Shown piece after piece: positions 55,606-64,000 of a stretch of 64,000 bases of DNA; positions within the stretch are counted from its first letter, which is position 1, and every line of letters starts with the position of its first letter. The notes under the pieces were generated by a model that did not search any database, was not told the DNA's origin, and worked only from the letters and a program-made list of their open reading frames with translations. This stretch comes from Candidatus Levyibacteriota bacterium (GTDB lineage: Bacteria; Patescibacteriota; Microgenomatia; Levybacterales; UBA12049): the NCBI GenBank assembly GCA_043823085.1, contig JBDRBE010000004.1, positions 5,510 to 69,509 of the forward strand, read 5' to 3'. Position numbers and translations under genes: made by a program.

Positions 55606-56434
55606 AAATAAAGAAAAAGCTCCTTTAGTATCAGTCGCCCTTGCGACATATAATAGTGTTCGGACAATAGAAAAATGTTTGCAGTCTATAAAAGCTCAAA
55701 CTTATCCCAATATTGAAATTATTGTGGTTGATAGTCCTTATTACGATAAGGAGGTGCAAAAAAAATGTGAGGAGATTATAAAAAAATATGGACGGCTTTT
55801 TAAAGATGGACCCGAAAGAAGTATCCAAAGAAATAGAGGGATAAAAGAAGCAAAGGGAGAATACATTTTGATTATTGATCAGGATATGTATCTAACGCCG
55901 AAAGTTGTCTGGGAGTGTTTAGAGACTTTAAGAAAAGGATGTTATATGGCTTTAACAATACCCGAAATTTCTATCGGAAAAGGATTTTGGACAGAATGTG
56001 TTGCTCTTGAAAGATATGTAAGCACTTTTTTGGAAGAAGGAATGAACGAATGCTGTAGGTTCTTTAGAAAAAAAGATGCACTTGTAATTTCAGGGTATGA
56101 TGAATCAACTGTCGGAGTTGAAGATTCGGATTTTCATTACAGAATGGCTGAAAAAGGTAAAATAGGAAAGATAAAAAATTTTATATATCATGATGAAGGA
56201 GAGACAAAATTTTTCCAGAGAATAAGAAAGAAATTTTATTACAGCCGTGCTTTTAGAGAATATTTAAAAAGAAGACCGCAGATTGCGACTTCCCAATTTT
56301 TTCCAATAAAGAAAGCTTATTTTAAACATTGGAAATTGTTTGCGAAAAAACCTTTGGTGACTCTTGGTGTTATAATCTTAAGAAGTGCTGAGGTAATGGC
56401 AGGGGCTATTGGTTTATTAATAAAAAAAGGATAA
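55592..56434 (+). CDS. Family-2 glycosyltransferase
   Basis: Motifs VSVALATYNSVRTIEKCL..IIVVDSPYYD..ILIIDQDM. Confidence 0.7.
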   Translation: MEKNRNKEKAPLVSVALATYNSVRTIEKCLQSIKAQTYPNIEIIVVDSPYYDKEVQKKCEEIIKKYGRLFKDGPERSIQRNRGIKEAKGEYILIIDQDMYLTPKVVWECLETLRKGCYMALTIPEISIGKGFWTECVALERYVSTFLEEGMNECCRFFRKKDALVISGYDESTVGVEDSDFHYRMAEKGKIGKIKNFIYHDEGETKFFQRIRKKFYYSRAFREYLKRRPQIATSQFFPIKKAYFKHWKLFAKKPLVTLGVIILRSAEVMAGAIGLLIKKG

Positions 56435-56436
56435 TT

Positions 56437-57372
56437 ATGCAAGCAGGAAATATAAAAGGAAAAAAAATATTAATAACTGGGATAAATGGTTTTGTGGGAG
56501 GAAATCTTGCAAAAAAACTTAAGAGTCAGGGTGCGGATGTGTATGGAGTGTCAAGGTCGGTTGAAGAAAAAAACAAAATTCTAAAGGCAAACATTTTAGA
56601 TTTTTCTAAAATTAATGAATTTATAAGAAAAACAAAAATAGAAATTTGTTTTCATCTCGCAGGTGAGGCATTGGTGGAAACAGGCCAGATTGATCCTTTT
56701 AACACGTTTAAAGTAAACATTGAAGGCACATTGAATATTTTAGAAAGCGCAAGGAAAAATAATATTGGAAGAGTTATTATATCTTCAACATCGCATGTAT
56801 ATGGGAAAAATAGAGTTCCTTATTTTGAAGGATACACTCCAAGACCTTCAAGGCCCTATGAAACTTCAAAAGCCTGCATGGATTTAATTGCACAATCTTA
56901 TAATGGTAGTTTTAATTTACCGGTGCTTATTCCAAGATTTGTAAATATCTACGGCCCCAAAGATCTAAACTTTAATAGATTAATTCCAAAGACAATAAGA
57001 GCAGTTCTATCAGATGAAGATCCAACAATGTGGGGCGGAAATGTTATAAGAGATTATTTATTTATTGACGACGCCGTGAATGCGTACATTCTTTTAGCCG
57101 GAGTAGATTTAGAAAAAATTGGAGAAAATAAAATTTTTAATTTTGGCGGCGGAAATAATATTTCTGTGGAAGATTTAATAAAAAAAATAATTTCTTTGTC
57201 CGATAAAAAATTAAAAATAAAGAAAATAAGCGAAGAAAGGCCATTAGAAATAAACCAACAGTATGTATCCTTGAATAAGGCATCAAAAATTTTAGGCTGG
57301 AAGAATGCCACTTCTTTGGATGAAGGTTTAAAAAAGACAATCGATTGGTATAGGAGTTACTTTGGGAAATAA
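56437..57372 (+). CDS. NAD-dependent epimerase/dehydratase (extended SDR), nucleotide-sugar modifying
   Basis: Motifs ILITGINGFVGGNL (Rossmann), STSHVYG and YETSKACMDL (YxxxK). Confidence 0.7.
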   Translation: MQAGNIKGKKILITGINGFVGGNLAKKLKSQGADVYGVSRSVEEKNKILKANILDFSKINEFIRKTKIEICFHLAGEALVETGQIDPFNTFKVNIEGTLNILESARKNNIGRVIISSTSHVYGKNRVPYFEGYTPRPSRPYETSKACMDLIAQSYNGSFNLPVLIPRFVNIYGPKDLNFNRLIPKTIRAVLSDEDPTMWGGNVIRDYLFIDDAVNAYILLAGVDLEKIGENKIFNFGGGNNISVEDLIKKIISLSDKKLKIKKISEERPLEINQQYVSLNKASKILGWKNATSLDEGLKKTIDWYRSYFGK

Positions 57373-58425
57373 ATGGAGATCAAAAAATTGAAAATACCAC
57401 TAGTATCAGTAATTATCGTTAATTGGAATGGAAGAAAGTTTATAGGGCAATGTTTAGATTCCTTGTCGAAAATCGACTATGAAAATATCGAGGTGTTATT
57501 TGTTGACAATGCTTCCACAGACAACTCGGTTTTATTTATCAAAGAGAAGTATCCAAAAGTACGAATATTCGTAAACAAAGAAAATTTAGGTTTAGGCGGA
57601 GGACACGAAGTAGCGCTAAAAAATGTTAAAGGAGAAGCAGTTCTTCTGCTAAACAGCGATACAATTATTCAAAAATCTCTTTTAAAAAATTTAGTAAAAA
57701 GTCTTTATTCGGATAAAAAAATAGGGGGCGTCCAGCCTAAACTTGTAATTTATCCTCAAGTAAACCAGATAGATTCAATTGGCTGTTTTTTCCTGCCGAC
57801 AGGAAATCTTTATCATTATGGTCGGGAAAAAGATCCGTCTTTGAAGCAGTATAACCTGCGAATGGAAATTTTTTCTACAAAAGGCGCATGTATGCTTATA
57901 AAAAAAGAAGTATTGGATAAAACCGGACTTTTTGACGAAGATTTTTTTGCCTATTATGAAGATACGGATTTTTGCATGAGAATATGGCTTGCCGGTTACA
58001 AAGTAATTTATGAACCAATAGAGACAGTTTTTCACAGAGGAGGAGCTACGTCAGAAAAGATAATGCAATCTAATATTTTATTCCATTCATATAAAAATAT
58101 AATATTCACATATATAAAAAATTTTTCACCCAAATATCTTCTAAAAATTTTACCGATTACAATACTTTTATATCAAGTAGTATTTTTCGGCTATCTGTTA
58201 ACTGGAAAATTTTCTTCGGCGATTGCTGTACAAAAGAGTATACTTTGGAATCTTGTTAACCTACAGTTAATTCTAAAAAAAAGAGAATATGTGCAAAAGA
58301 ATATTAGGAAAATAAGCGATGATGAATATATCCCAAAATTAACAAAAAAGGTTCATCTCATTTATTATTGGTATCAGTTTTTTGGAGGAATGGGAAACTA
58401 TAGAGATGAGCCTGTTATAAAATGA
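57373..58425 (+). CDS. Family-2 glycosyltransferase (rhamnosyltransferase-like, C-terminal membrane segments)
   Basis: Motifs VSVIIVNWNGR..VLFVDNASTDNS..NLGLGGGHE..LLNSDTII..YYEDTDFCMR. Paralog of 16182 but lacks its GC-rich inserts. Confidence 0.75.
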   Translation: MEIKKLKIPLVSVIIVNWNGRKFIGQCLDSLSKIDYENIEVLFVDNASTDNSVLFIKEKYPKVRIFVNKENLGLGGGHEVALKNVKGEAVLLLNSDTIIQKSLLKNLVKSLYSDKKIGGVQPKLVIYPQVNQIDSIGCFFLPTGNLYHYGREKDPSLKQYNLRMEIFSTKGACMLIKKEVLDKTGLFDEDFFAYYEDTDFCMRIWLAGYKVIYEPIETVFHRGGATSEKIMQSNILFHSYKNIIFTYIKNFSPKYLLKILPITILLYQVVFFGYLLTGKFSSAIAVQKSILWNLVNLQLILKKREYVQKNIRKISDDEYIPKLTKKVHLIYYWYQFFGGMGNYRDEPVIK

Positions 58426-59300
58426 AAAAGATAAAAACATTGTTGCTATGCACAGGCATTTTTTTTATAGCGATTTTTTTAACATTTGCCTACGGTTTTT
58501 ATACAAAGAAAAGTTCATTATCACTACTAAAGTCTAACTATTCAAAACAATCAATTGTTAATTTTCCCCGAGGGGAGCTTTTATCAGGGAGTAAAGCGAG
58601 CGGTGAGTTTCAAGCAAAAGAAAACAATCTTGGGATTATTGAGATTCGTTTTAATACCTATGGCAGAATTAATACTGACTCTATTATTTTTCGGTTGAAA
58701 GAAAAAGAAAGTGATATATGGTATTACGAACAAGTATATAACGCAAAAGAATTTGGTGGTTATCCGCTTTTTCCTTTTGGCTTTCCTATTATAAATAATT
58801 CTAAAGGTAAAGAATATTCTTTTGAGTTAGAATCTCTTAACGGAAAGCCAGGGAATGCAATAGGGATTAGTCAGGATGAACCAGTATTTATATCAGAGTA
58901 TAAATTTAGCAAGAAGGAACTGTTAGCTGATAAAAAAGCTCTTTTCTTTTTTCTGTTCAAAAAAAGCGGTGAGCTTACACAAGATTTTTATATATTGCGT
59001 TTTTCTTTATTAATTTTTCTTGTTCTTATTTCTCCGCTCCTATTATTTAAGCTATTTTCCAAAGCAAATATTTTAAAGCATGTTAAAAAACTACAAATGA
59101 GATCAAAAAAGGAAGTCCGTTTATTCAAAGAATACTCCCCTTTTAAAAATGTTTTTATAAGATTTATTTCAAAAGCAATTATTGTTGTTTTTGAGATATT
59201 TTCAAACATGCGTGGAGCAATACTAAGAATAGTTAAGCTCGCATATAGATTAATAATGAAAATTTTATTTTATTTTTTTAATTGGTTAGAAGAGGAATAA
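58422..59300 (+). CDS. Hypothetical membrane-anchored protein
   Basis: 292 aa. N-terminal TM, central soluble domain, C-terminal hydrophobic segments. No family recognised. Confidence 0.5.
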   Translation: MKKIKTLLLCTGIFFIAIFLTFAYGFYTKKSSLSLLKSNYSKQSIVNFPRGELLSGSKASGEFQAKENNLGIIEIRFNTYGRINTDSIIFRLKEKESDIWYYEQVYNAKEFGGYPLFPFGFPIINNSKGKEYSFELESLNGKPGNAIGISQDEPVFISEYKFSKKELLADKKALFFFLFKKSGELTQDFYILRFSLLIFLVLISPLLLFKLFSKANILKHVKKLQMRSKKEVRLFKEYSPFKNVFIRFISKAIIVVFEIFSNMRGAILRIVKLAYRLIMKILFYFFNWLEEE

Positions 59301-59324
59301 TACCATAGCGTATAATTGCAATAG

Positions 59325-60473
59325 ATGATTAATTTTATTAAATCAACATTTCTTCTTGTTGGTCACTACGCAACCTTTGCTGAAGAGGATATGCTTTTTG
59401 ACTATCTTAGTGAAAATAGGGTAAAAACAATCACAAGAATAAATTTTCCACTTCCCGAGTTGCCATACATGGAGAGAATAAAAATTACTATCAACGAGCA
59501 AGGAATAGTTAAAGAATCAAAGAGTATATCATCATTTGTACGCCCTATATGGCTTGCCTATATTTTACAATCGTTTCAATTGCTTTTTTTGATTTTTAGA
59601 TCAAGACGAACATACGATATTCTTATTGCGCAAGATTCTCTGCTTGCTTTTTTGGGAATTATCTTTAGGACTTTTGGAAAGTGCAAAAAAGTCATCTTTT
59701 TTTCCCACGGAATAGACAAACAGAGATTTAGAAATCCTGTTATGAATGGCTTTTATCGTTTGCTTGATTCGTTTTCTGCCAAAGCAAGTGACTTTAATTG
59801 GTTTATGAGCAAAAATATGATTCCAGTTCGCCGGAAACAAGGGATAAAGGATGAGAAGATGTTTTGGATACCGTCTACGGTGCCAATTAAGTCAATAACG
59901 AGAAAAAAGATAGGTAAACCAAACACCATTGTTTTTTTAGGTACGATTGATGAAAAAAATGGAGCTCAGCTTTTGCCAGACATTGTTGCCCAAGTTAAGC
60001 AAAACATTCCAGAAGTGACTTTTGATGTCATGGGAAATGGCCCTCTTTTTAAAAAAGTTTCACAAGAGATAAAAAAACTGCATCTTGAGAGGAAGATCAG
60101 TTTACTTGGACATCTGCCTTTGGAAAAATTTTCGACCAAACTTACCGATTACGCTGTAGGTATTGCACCCTATGCATATTCAGAAAAAAGTCTAACGCCG
60201 CTTTCCGATTCGTTAAAAATGAGGCTTTATTTAGCAGCAGGATTACCCGTAGTTATTACAAAAGGCTATTGGTTTTCAGATGAGATTGAAGAAAACAGAT
60301 TAGGTTTTGCAGTTAATCAAACTGTTGATGATTTTGCAAGAGCGATTATTAAATTGCTTAACGACAATGAATTAAATCAAGAAATTAGAGGCCGTGCTCT
60401 TTCGTATTCAAAAAAGCTTGATCTAACAGGATTTTATAATAGAGCATTTAAAATTGTTCTTCGCACTCTATAA
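59325..60473 (+). CDS. Glycosyltransferase, GT-B fold (GT1/GT4-like)
   Basis: C-terminal half (LGTIDEKNG..LLGHLP..LAAGLPVVITKGYWFSDEIEENRLGFAV) resembles a GT-B C-domain. The N-terminal domain is divergent. Confidence 0.55.
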   Translation: MINFIKSTFLLVGHYATFAEEDMLFDYLSENRVKTITRINFPLPELPYMERIKITINEQGIVKESKSISSFVRPIWLAYILQSFQLLFLIFRSRRTYDILIAQDSLLAFLGIIFRTFGKCKKVIFFSHGIDKQRFRNPVMNGFYRLLDSFSAKASDFNWFMSKNMIPVRRKQGIKDEKMFWIPSTVPIKSITRKKIGKPNTIVFLGTIDEKNGAQLLPDIVAQVKQNIPEVTFDVMGNGPLFKKVSQEIKKLHLERKISLLGHLPLEKFSTKLTDYAVGIAPYAYSEKSLTPLSDSLKMRLYLAAGLPVVITKGYWFSDEIEENRLGFAVNQTVDDFARAIIKLLNDNELNQEIRGRALSYSKKLDLTGFYNRAFKIVLRTL

Positions 60474-60555
60474 ATATTTTTGATTATCTATTCTTGCTAA
60501 ATTTTTAAAAAAGAGATATCATCTTAAAATAAAAGATAACAAATTAAGGATTTTT

Positions 60556-61737
60556 ATGATTAAACTTGTTAAATCGACGTTTTATAAGGAAAATGAGGTA
60601 AAAAAGAAACTCTGTAAATTTATAATGTCGGCAAAACAGCTTAGTATTGGCAACGAGTGTAGAAAATTCGAAAAAAGATTCGCCAAATGGCAAGGAAGGA
60701 AATACGCGGTTATGGTTAACAGCGGAAGTTCTGCAAATCTTGCTCTCATTCAAGCGCTTCTTAATTTAGGAAAGATTAAAAGAGGTGACAATGTTGGATT
60801 TTCAGCCATGACATGGTCCACAAACGTCATGCCGATTATAGAATTAGGGCTGAATGCAGTTCCGATCGATGTTGAATTAAACACCTTAAATGTTTCAAGT
60901 AAAAAACTTCTTGATGTCATTAAAACCTATTCATTAAAAGCCCTTTTTATTACAAATTTACTTGGTTTTTGCGATGACATAGATAAGATAAAAAGAATTT
61001 GTGATCAGAAAAAAATTATTCTTATCGAAGACACCTGTGAGTCTTTAGGAACCGTTTATAAAGGAAAAAAATTAGGAAATTTTGGGTTTGCAAGTACTTT
61101 TTCTTTTTACGTTGGTCATCATATGTCAACAATTGAAGGAGGTGCTGTATGTACTGACAATAATGAGTTTTATACTATGCTGCAGTTTGTAAGAGCGCAT
61201 GGTTGGGACAGGAATTTGACAGAAAAAAAACAGCTAAAAATCAGAGATAAGTTTAAGATAAATTCTACATTTTATTCCAGATATACTTTTTATGACCTTG
61301 GTTATAATCTAAGAACTACCGAAATTAATGGTTTCATCGGAAATAGTCAGATTGAATATTTGAATGAAATAATTGAAAAAAGAAAAAATAATTTCTTTAA
61401 AATGGCAATGCCTATATATAGGCAAAAAGATAAATATTTTCCTATAAAATTTGATCATATAGATTTTCTTTCCAATTTTGCAGTTCCTGTTCTTTGTAAA
61501 AGTCAGGAAATTAGGGATGAATTGATAAAAAAATGTGATAAAAAAGTAGAAATTAGACCGGTAGTTGGGGGCGACATGATGCTTCAGCCATTTTTTGGTA
61601 AGTATATGTCTCAATTTCTGAATACTTTTCATAATTCTAATTCAAAACTTATTCATCAGAACGGTTTATATTTTGGCAATAACCCGGAATTAACAGAGAA
61701 AGAAATGAATGAGATTATTGCGATATTTACAAAATGA
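60556..61737 (+). CDS. DegT/DnrJ/EryC1/StrS-family PLP/PMP enzyme, RfbH/DdhC-like (His replaces the Schiff-base Lys): candidate nucleotide-sugar 3-dehydrase
   Basis: Motifs VNSGSSANLALIQAL, GDNVGFSAMTW, LIEDTCESLG and FSFYVGHHMSTIEGGAV. The lysine position carries His-His, as in CDP-6-deoxy-4-keto-glucose 3-dehydrase E1. Confidence 0.6.
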   Translation: MIKLVKSTFYKENEVKKKLCKFIMSAKQLSIGNECRKFEKRFAKWQGRKYAVMVNSGSSANLALIQALLNLGKIKRGDNVGFSAMTWSTNVMPIIELGLNAVPIDVELNTLNVSSKKLLDVIKTYSLKALFITNLLGFCDDIDKIKRICDQKKIILIEDTCESLGTVYKGKKLGNFGFASTFSFYVGHHMSTIEGGAVCTDNNEFYTMLQFVRAHGWDRNLTEKKQLKIRDKFKINSTFYSRYTFYDLGYNLRTTEINGFIGNSQIEYLNEIIEKRKNNFFKMAMPIYRQKDKYFPIKFDHIDFLSNFAVPVLCKSQEIRDELIKKCDKKVEIRPVVGGDMMLQPFFGKYMSQFLNTFHNSNSKLIHQNGLYFGNNPELTEKEMNEIIAIFTK

Positions 61738-62738
61738 TGAATTCTTTTTGGACAGGAAAAAAAGTTTTAATAACAGGCGGTGCCGGATTTATCGGCAGCC
61801 ATGTTGTTGAAAAATTAATCGCAAGAGGAGCAAAAGTATCTATATTTGATAATCTAAGGCCGGGCAATATGCAAAACTTAGTAAACGTTAAGAAACAATA
61901 TCAATTTATAGAAGGTGACTGTCGAAATGAGAATAGCATATTTACTGCATGCAAAGGGAAGGATGTTGTATTTAATTTGGCAGCAAAAGTTGCGGGAGTT
62001 GATTACAACAAAAAACATAAAGGTACGATGCTGTCCCAAAATCTTTTAATATCAGCATCAGTAACTAAGGCAGCTGCGGAAGCTGGAATCGAAAGATTTC
62101 TTGTTGTATCATCGGCCTGTGTTTATCCTGATAATTGTTCGGTACCAACTCCCGAAGATGAGGGTGTAGTTGGAGATCCGGAATCTGCAAATTCCGGATA
62201 TGGATGGGCAAAACGCATGAGTGAGATATTGGGGAAGTACTATCAGGAAGAATTTGGAATAAAAGTGGCAATTGTCAGGCCATATAATTGCTATGGTCCT
62301 CGTGATCATTTCTTGCCTATTCCAACTCATGTTGTTCCATCTTTGATAAAAAGAGTTGTTGACGGAGAAAATCCGATAACAGTGTGGGGCAGCGGAAATC
62401 AAACAAGAGCATTTCTACATGTCGAAGATTTAAGTGAGGGAATGATTTTGGCGGTTGAAAAATATGCAGTCTGCGACCCTGTTAATTTAGGAACAGATGA
62501 AGAAGTAACGATGAAAGAGCTTGTGGAAAAAATAATTAAAATAAATGGTCGGGATGTTCCTGTTGTTTTTGATACATCAAAACCGGATGGTAGTCCAAGA
62601 AGAAATAGCGATAATAAAAAAGCATTTAAAAAACTTGGGTTCAAAGCAAAAATTTCTCTTGAAGAAGGACTGAAAGAGACAATTCAGTGGTATAAAAAAC
62701 AAAACATGCGCAAGCTATCTAGACAGCAAGATATATAA
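61734..62738 (+). CDS. NAD(P)-dependent epimerase/dehydratase/reductase (extended SDR), nucleotide-sugar modifying
   Basis: Motifs VLITGGAGFIGSHV, SSACVYPD, YGWAKRMSE (YxxxK) and NCYGPRD. Confidence 0.7.
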   Translation: MMNSFWTGKKVLITGGAGFIGSHVVEKLIARGAKVSIFDNLRPGNMQNLVNVKKQYQFIEGDCRNENSIFTACKGKDVVFNLAAKVAGVDYNKKHKGTMLSQNLLISASVTKAAAEAGIERFLVVSSACVYPDNCSVPTPEDEGVVGDPESANSGYGWAKRMSEILGKYYQEEFGIKVAIVRPYNCYGPRDHFLPIPTHVVPSLIKRVVDGENPITVWGSGNQTRAFLHVEDLSEGMILAVEKYAVCDPVNLGTDEEVTMKELVEKIIKINGRDVPVVFDTSKPDGSPRRNSDNKKAFKKLGFKAKISLEEGLKETIQWYKKQNMRKLSRQQDI

Positions 62739-62745
62739 TTATCAT

Positions 62746-63852
62746 ATGGGAAATGCAAACAGTAAATGGATTCCTCTTTTTAAAGTGTATATGGCAAAGG
62801 GTTTAATGAAACCCCTTGCAGATGTGCTTTATTCGGGTTTTGTTACTCAAGGACCAAGAGTCGACGAATTCGAAGAAAAACTGGCAAAATTTTTTAAAAC
62901 CCCTTTTGTTTTAACTGTTAATAGCGGTACATCGGCACTGCATATGGCTCTTGATCTATCAGGTGTTGGGCAGGGAGACGAAGTAATAACAACTCCTATG
63001 ACTTGTACTGCAACCAATTGGCCAATTCTTGCTCACAAGGCAAAAATTGTTTGGGCAGACATCGATTCTCAAACTGGGAATATAGATCCGGAAAGTATTA
63101 AATGCCTCATTACTAAGAAAACAAAAGCAATAATTGCTGTTGACTGGGGAGGTTATCCTTGCGATATAGATAAAATAAAAAAATATGCAGGGAATATACC
63201 TATTATAGAAGATGCTGCTCATGCGTTTGGAGCTATATATAAAAATAAAATGGTTGGTCAGTCAGCCGATTATACTTGTTTTTCTTTCCAGGCAATTAAA
63301 CATCTCACAACTATAGATGGGGGTGCACTTGTAATGAAAAAAAAAGATGATTACACAAAAGGCAATCTGCTTCGCTATTTTGGGATAGATAGAAAGAAAA
63401 GATCAAAAGATTATAGAATAGAAAAAGATATTTGTTGTTGGGGATATAAATTTCATATGAATGATGTTAATGCTACAATCGGCATTGAAAATTTTAAGCA
63501 CGTAGAGGAGATTCTTAAAAAACACAGAGAAAATGCAAAATATTACAAACGTGAATTCCGCAATCATCCTAAAATAAAACTTATGCGTGAAGACGAAGGA
63601 TACTTATCCAGTTACTGGCTTTTTACGATGCGTGTAGATAATCCTGAAAAATTCATGGAGTATATGAAAGCAAGGAATATTATGGCATCGCAAGTTCATC
63701 GTAGAAATGATAATCACCCGGTAACAAGGGTATTTATGCGTCATTTGCCAAATGTTGATAAATTTTCGAAATATATGATTTGCATTCCGGTAGGTTGGTG
63801 GGTAAGTAAAAAAAACAGAGAATATATTATAGAAGCAGTGAAAAACTACTAA
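62746..63852 (+). CDS. DegT/DnrJ/EryC1/StrS-family PLP-dependent sugar aminotransferase
   Basis: Motifs VNSGTSALHMAL, GDEVITTPMT, IEDAAHAFGA and FSFQAIKHLTTIDGGAL (catalytic Lys present). True start may be MAKGLMKPL (62791). Confidence 0.7.
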   Translation: MGNANSKWIPLFKVYMAKGLMKPLADVLYSGFVTQGPRVDEFEEKLAKFFKTPFVLTVNSGTSALHMALDLSGVGQGDEVITTPMTCTATNWPILAHKAKIVWADIDSQTGNIDPESIKCLITKKTKAIIAVDWGGYPCDIDKIKKYAGNIPIIEDAAHAFGAIYKNKMVGQSADYTCFSFQAIKHLTTIDGGALVMKKKDDYTKGNLLRYFGIDRKKRSKDYRIEKDICCWGYKFHMNDVNATIGIENFKHVEEILKKHRENAKYYKREFRNHPKIKLMREDEGYLSSYWLFTMRVDNPEKFMEYMKARNIMASQVHRRNDNHPVTRVFMRHLPNVDKFSKYMICIPVGWWVSKKNREYIIEAVKNY

Positions 63853-63908
63853 GGAGTCATTAATGAATCTTTGCATAATTCGTTTCCGTTCTCTCCAAGT
63901 TTAAAAAA

Positions 63909-64000
63909 ATGGTTAATTTAGACATAAAGAAAAAAATATTATTAAGTATTGTATTACTGGCGGTTCTGATTGTAATTTTTAACTTAAGGATAGTTGGTAA
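63909..64000 (+). CDS. Hypothetical protein with N-terminal TM segment, 3'-truncated by the window edge
   Basis: ATG at 63909 opens a frame running to the window end (MVNLDIKKKILLSIVLLAVLIVIFNL...). Too short to classify. Confidence 0.3.
   Translation, partial: MVNLDIKKKILLSIVLLAVLIVIFNLRIVG

Overview
This is a 64 kb, low-GC, gene-dense bacterial window with many GTG starts and 4-14 nt start/stop overlaps, which looks like an uncultivated Patescibacteria/CPR-type genome (inference only). All family and product calls below rest on motifs I recognised by eye in the provided translations; I ran no homology searches.

**Left edge (1-3150).**
- The window opens inside the 3' end of lon (1-848).
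- A DUF433/DUF5615 toxin-antitoxin-like pair on the minus strand (870-1461) is bracketed by ~40 nt GC-rich direct repeats.
- Then come a membrane protein, a GNAT acetyltransferase (minus strand) and tRNA-Glu(CUC) (3077-3150).
- A 16-nt inverted copy of the tRNA 3' end lies on the far side of the GNAT gene.

**Glycosylation super-cluster (3264-52480, nearly all + strand).**
- At least 11 family-2 glycosyltransferases, both Dpm1/CsbB-like polyprenyl-phosphate sugar synthases and WaaE-like enzymes, plus 4 GT4 enzymes.
- Three Wzx/MOP-type flippases.
- About 19 large polytopic membrane proteins of GT-C type, in paralogous sets:
  - Four YfhO-like proteins (6724, 19853, 23551, and 29047 on the minus strand).
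  - Four members of a related family (9125, 10705, 39489, 46460) with an N-terminal HDGxxHxxR...GYGYP signature and the same C-terminal YxPGW...PKGEH module.
  - Three tandem ArnT/PMT-like genes with the DEA motif (31533, 33217, 34875).
  - Three PMT_2-like variants with a DQxRD motif (27574, 36507, 37970).
  - Two further paralog pairs (4025/43458 and 17145/44608), plus 5204.
- GalE lies inside the array.

**Right end (53155-63852): nucleotide-sugar modification.**
- A TylCIII-like C-methyltransferase, GT4 and GT2 enzymes, two extended SDR epimerase/dehydratases, a DegT-family RfbH-like protein with His in place of the PLP lysine, and a DegT aminotransferase.

**Sequence-level oddities.**
- A family of perfect or near-perfect heptanucleotide tandem repeats (AATCAAA-like, ATCTCAA, ATTTTCA, ATTTGCT, 4-5 units each) sits inside glycosyltransferase CDSs; these are candidate slipped-strand phase-variation sites.
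- Short GC-rich palindromic elements flanked by 7-14 bp direct repeats are inserted in-frame into GT2 and GT4 genes, resembling Rickettsia palindromic elements.

No CRISPR arrays, rRNA, or transposase/integrase genes were seen.
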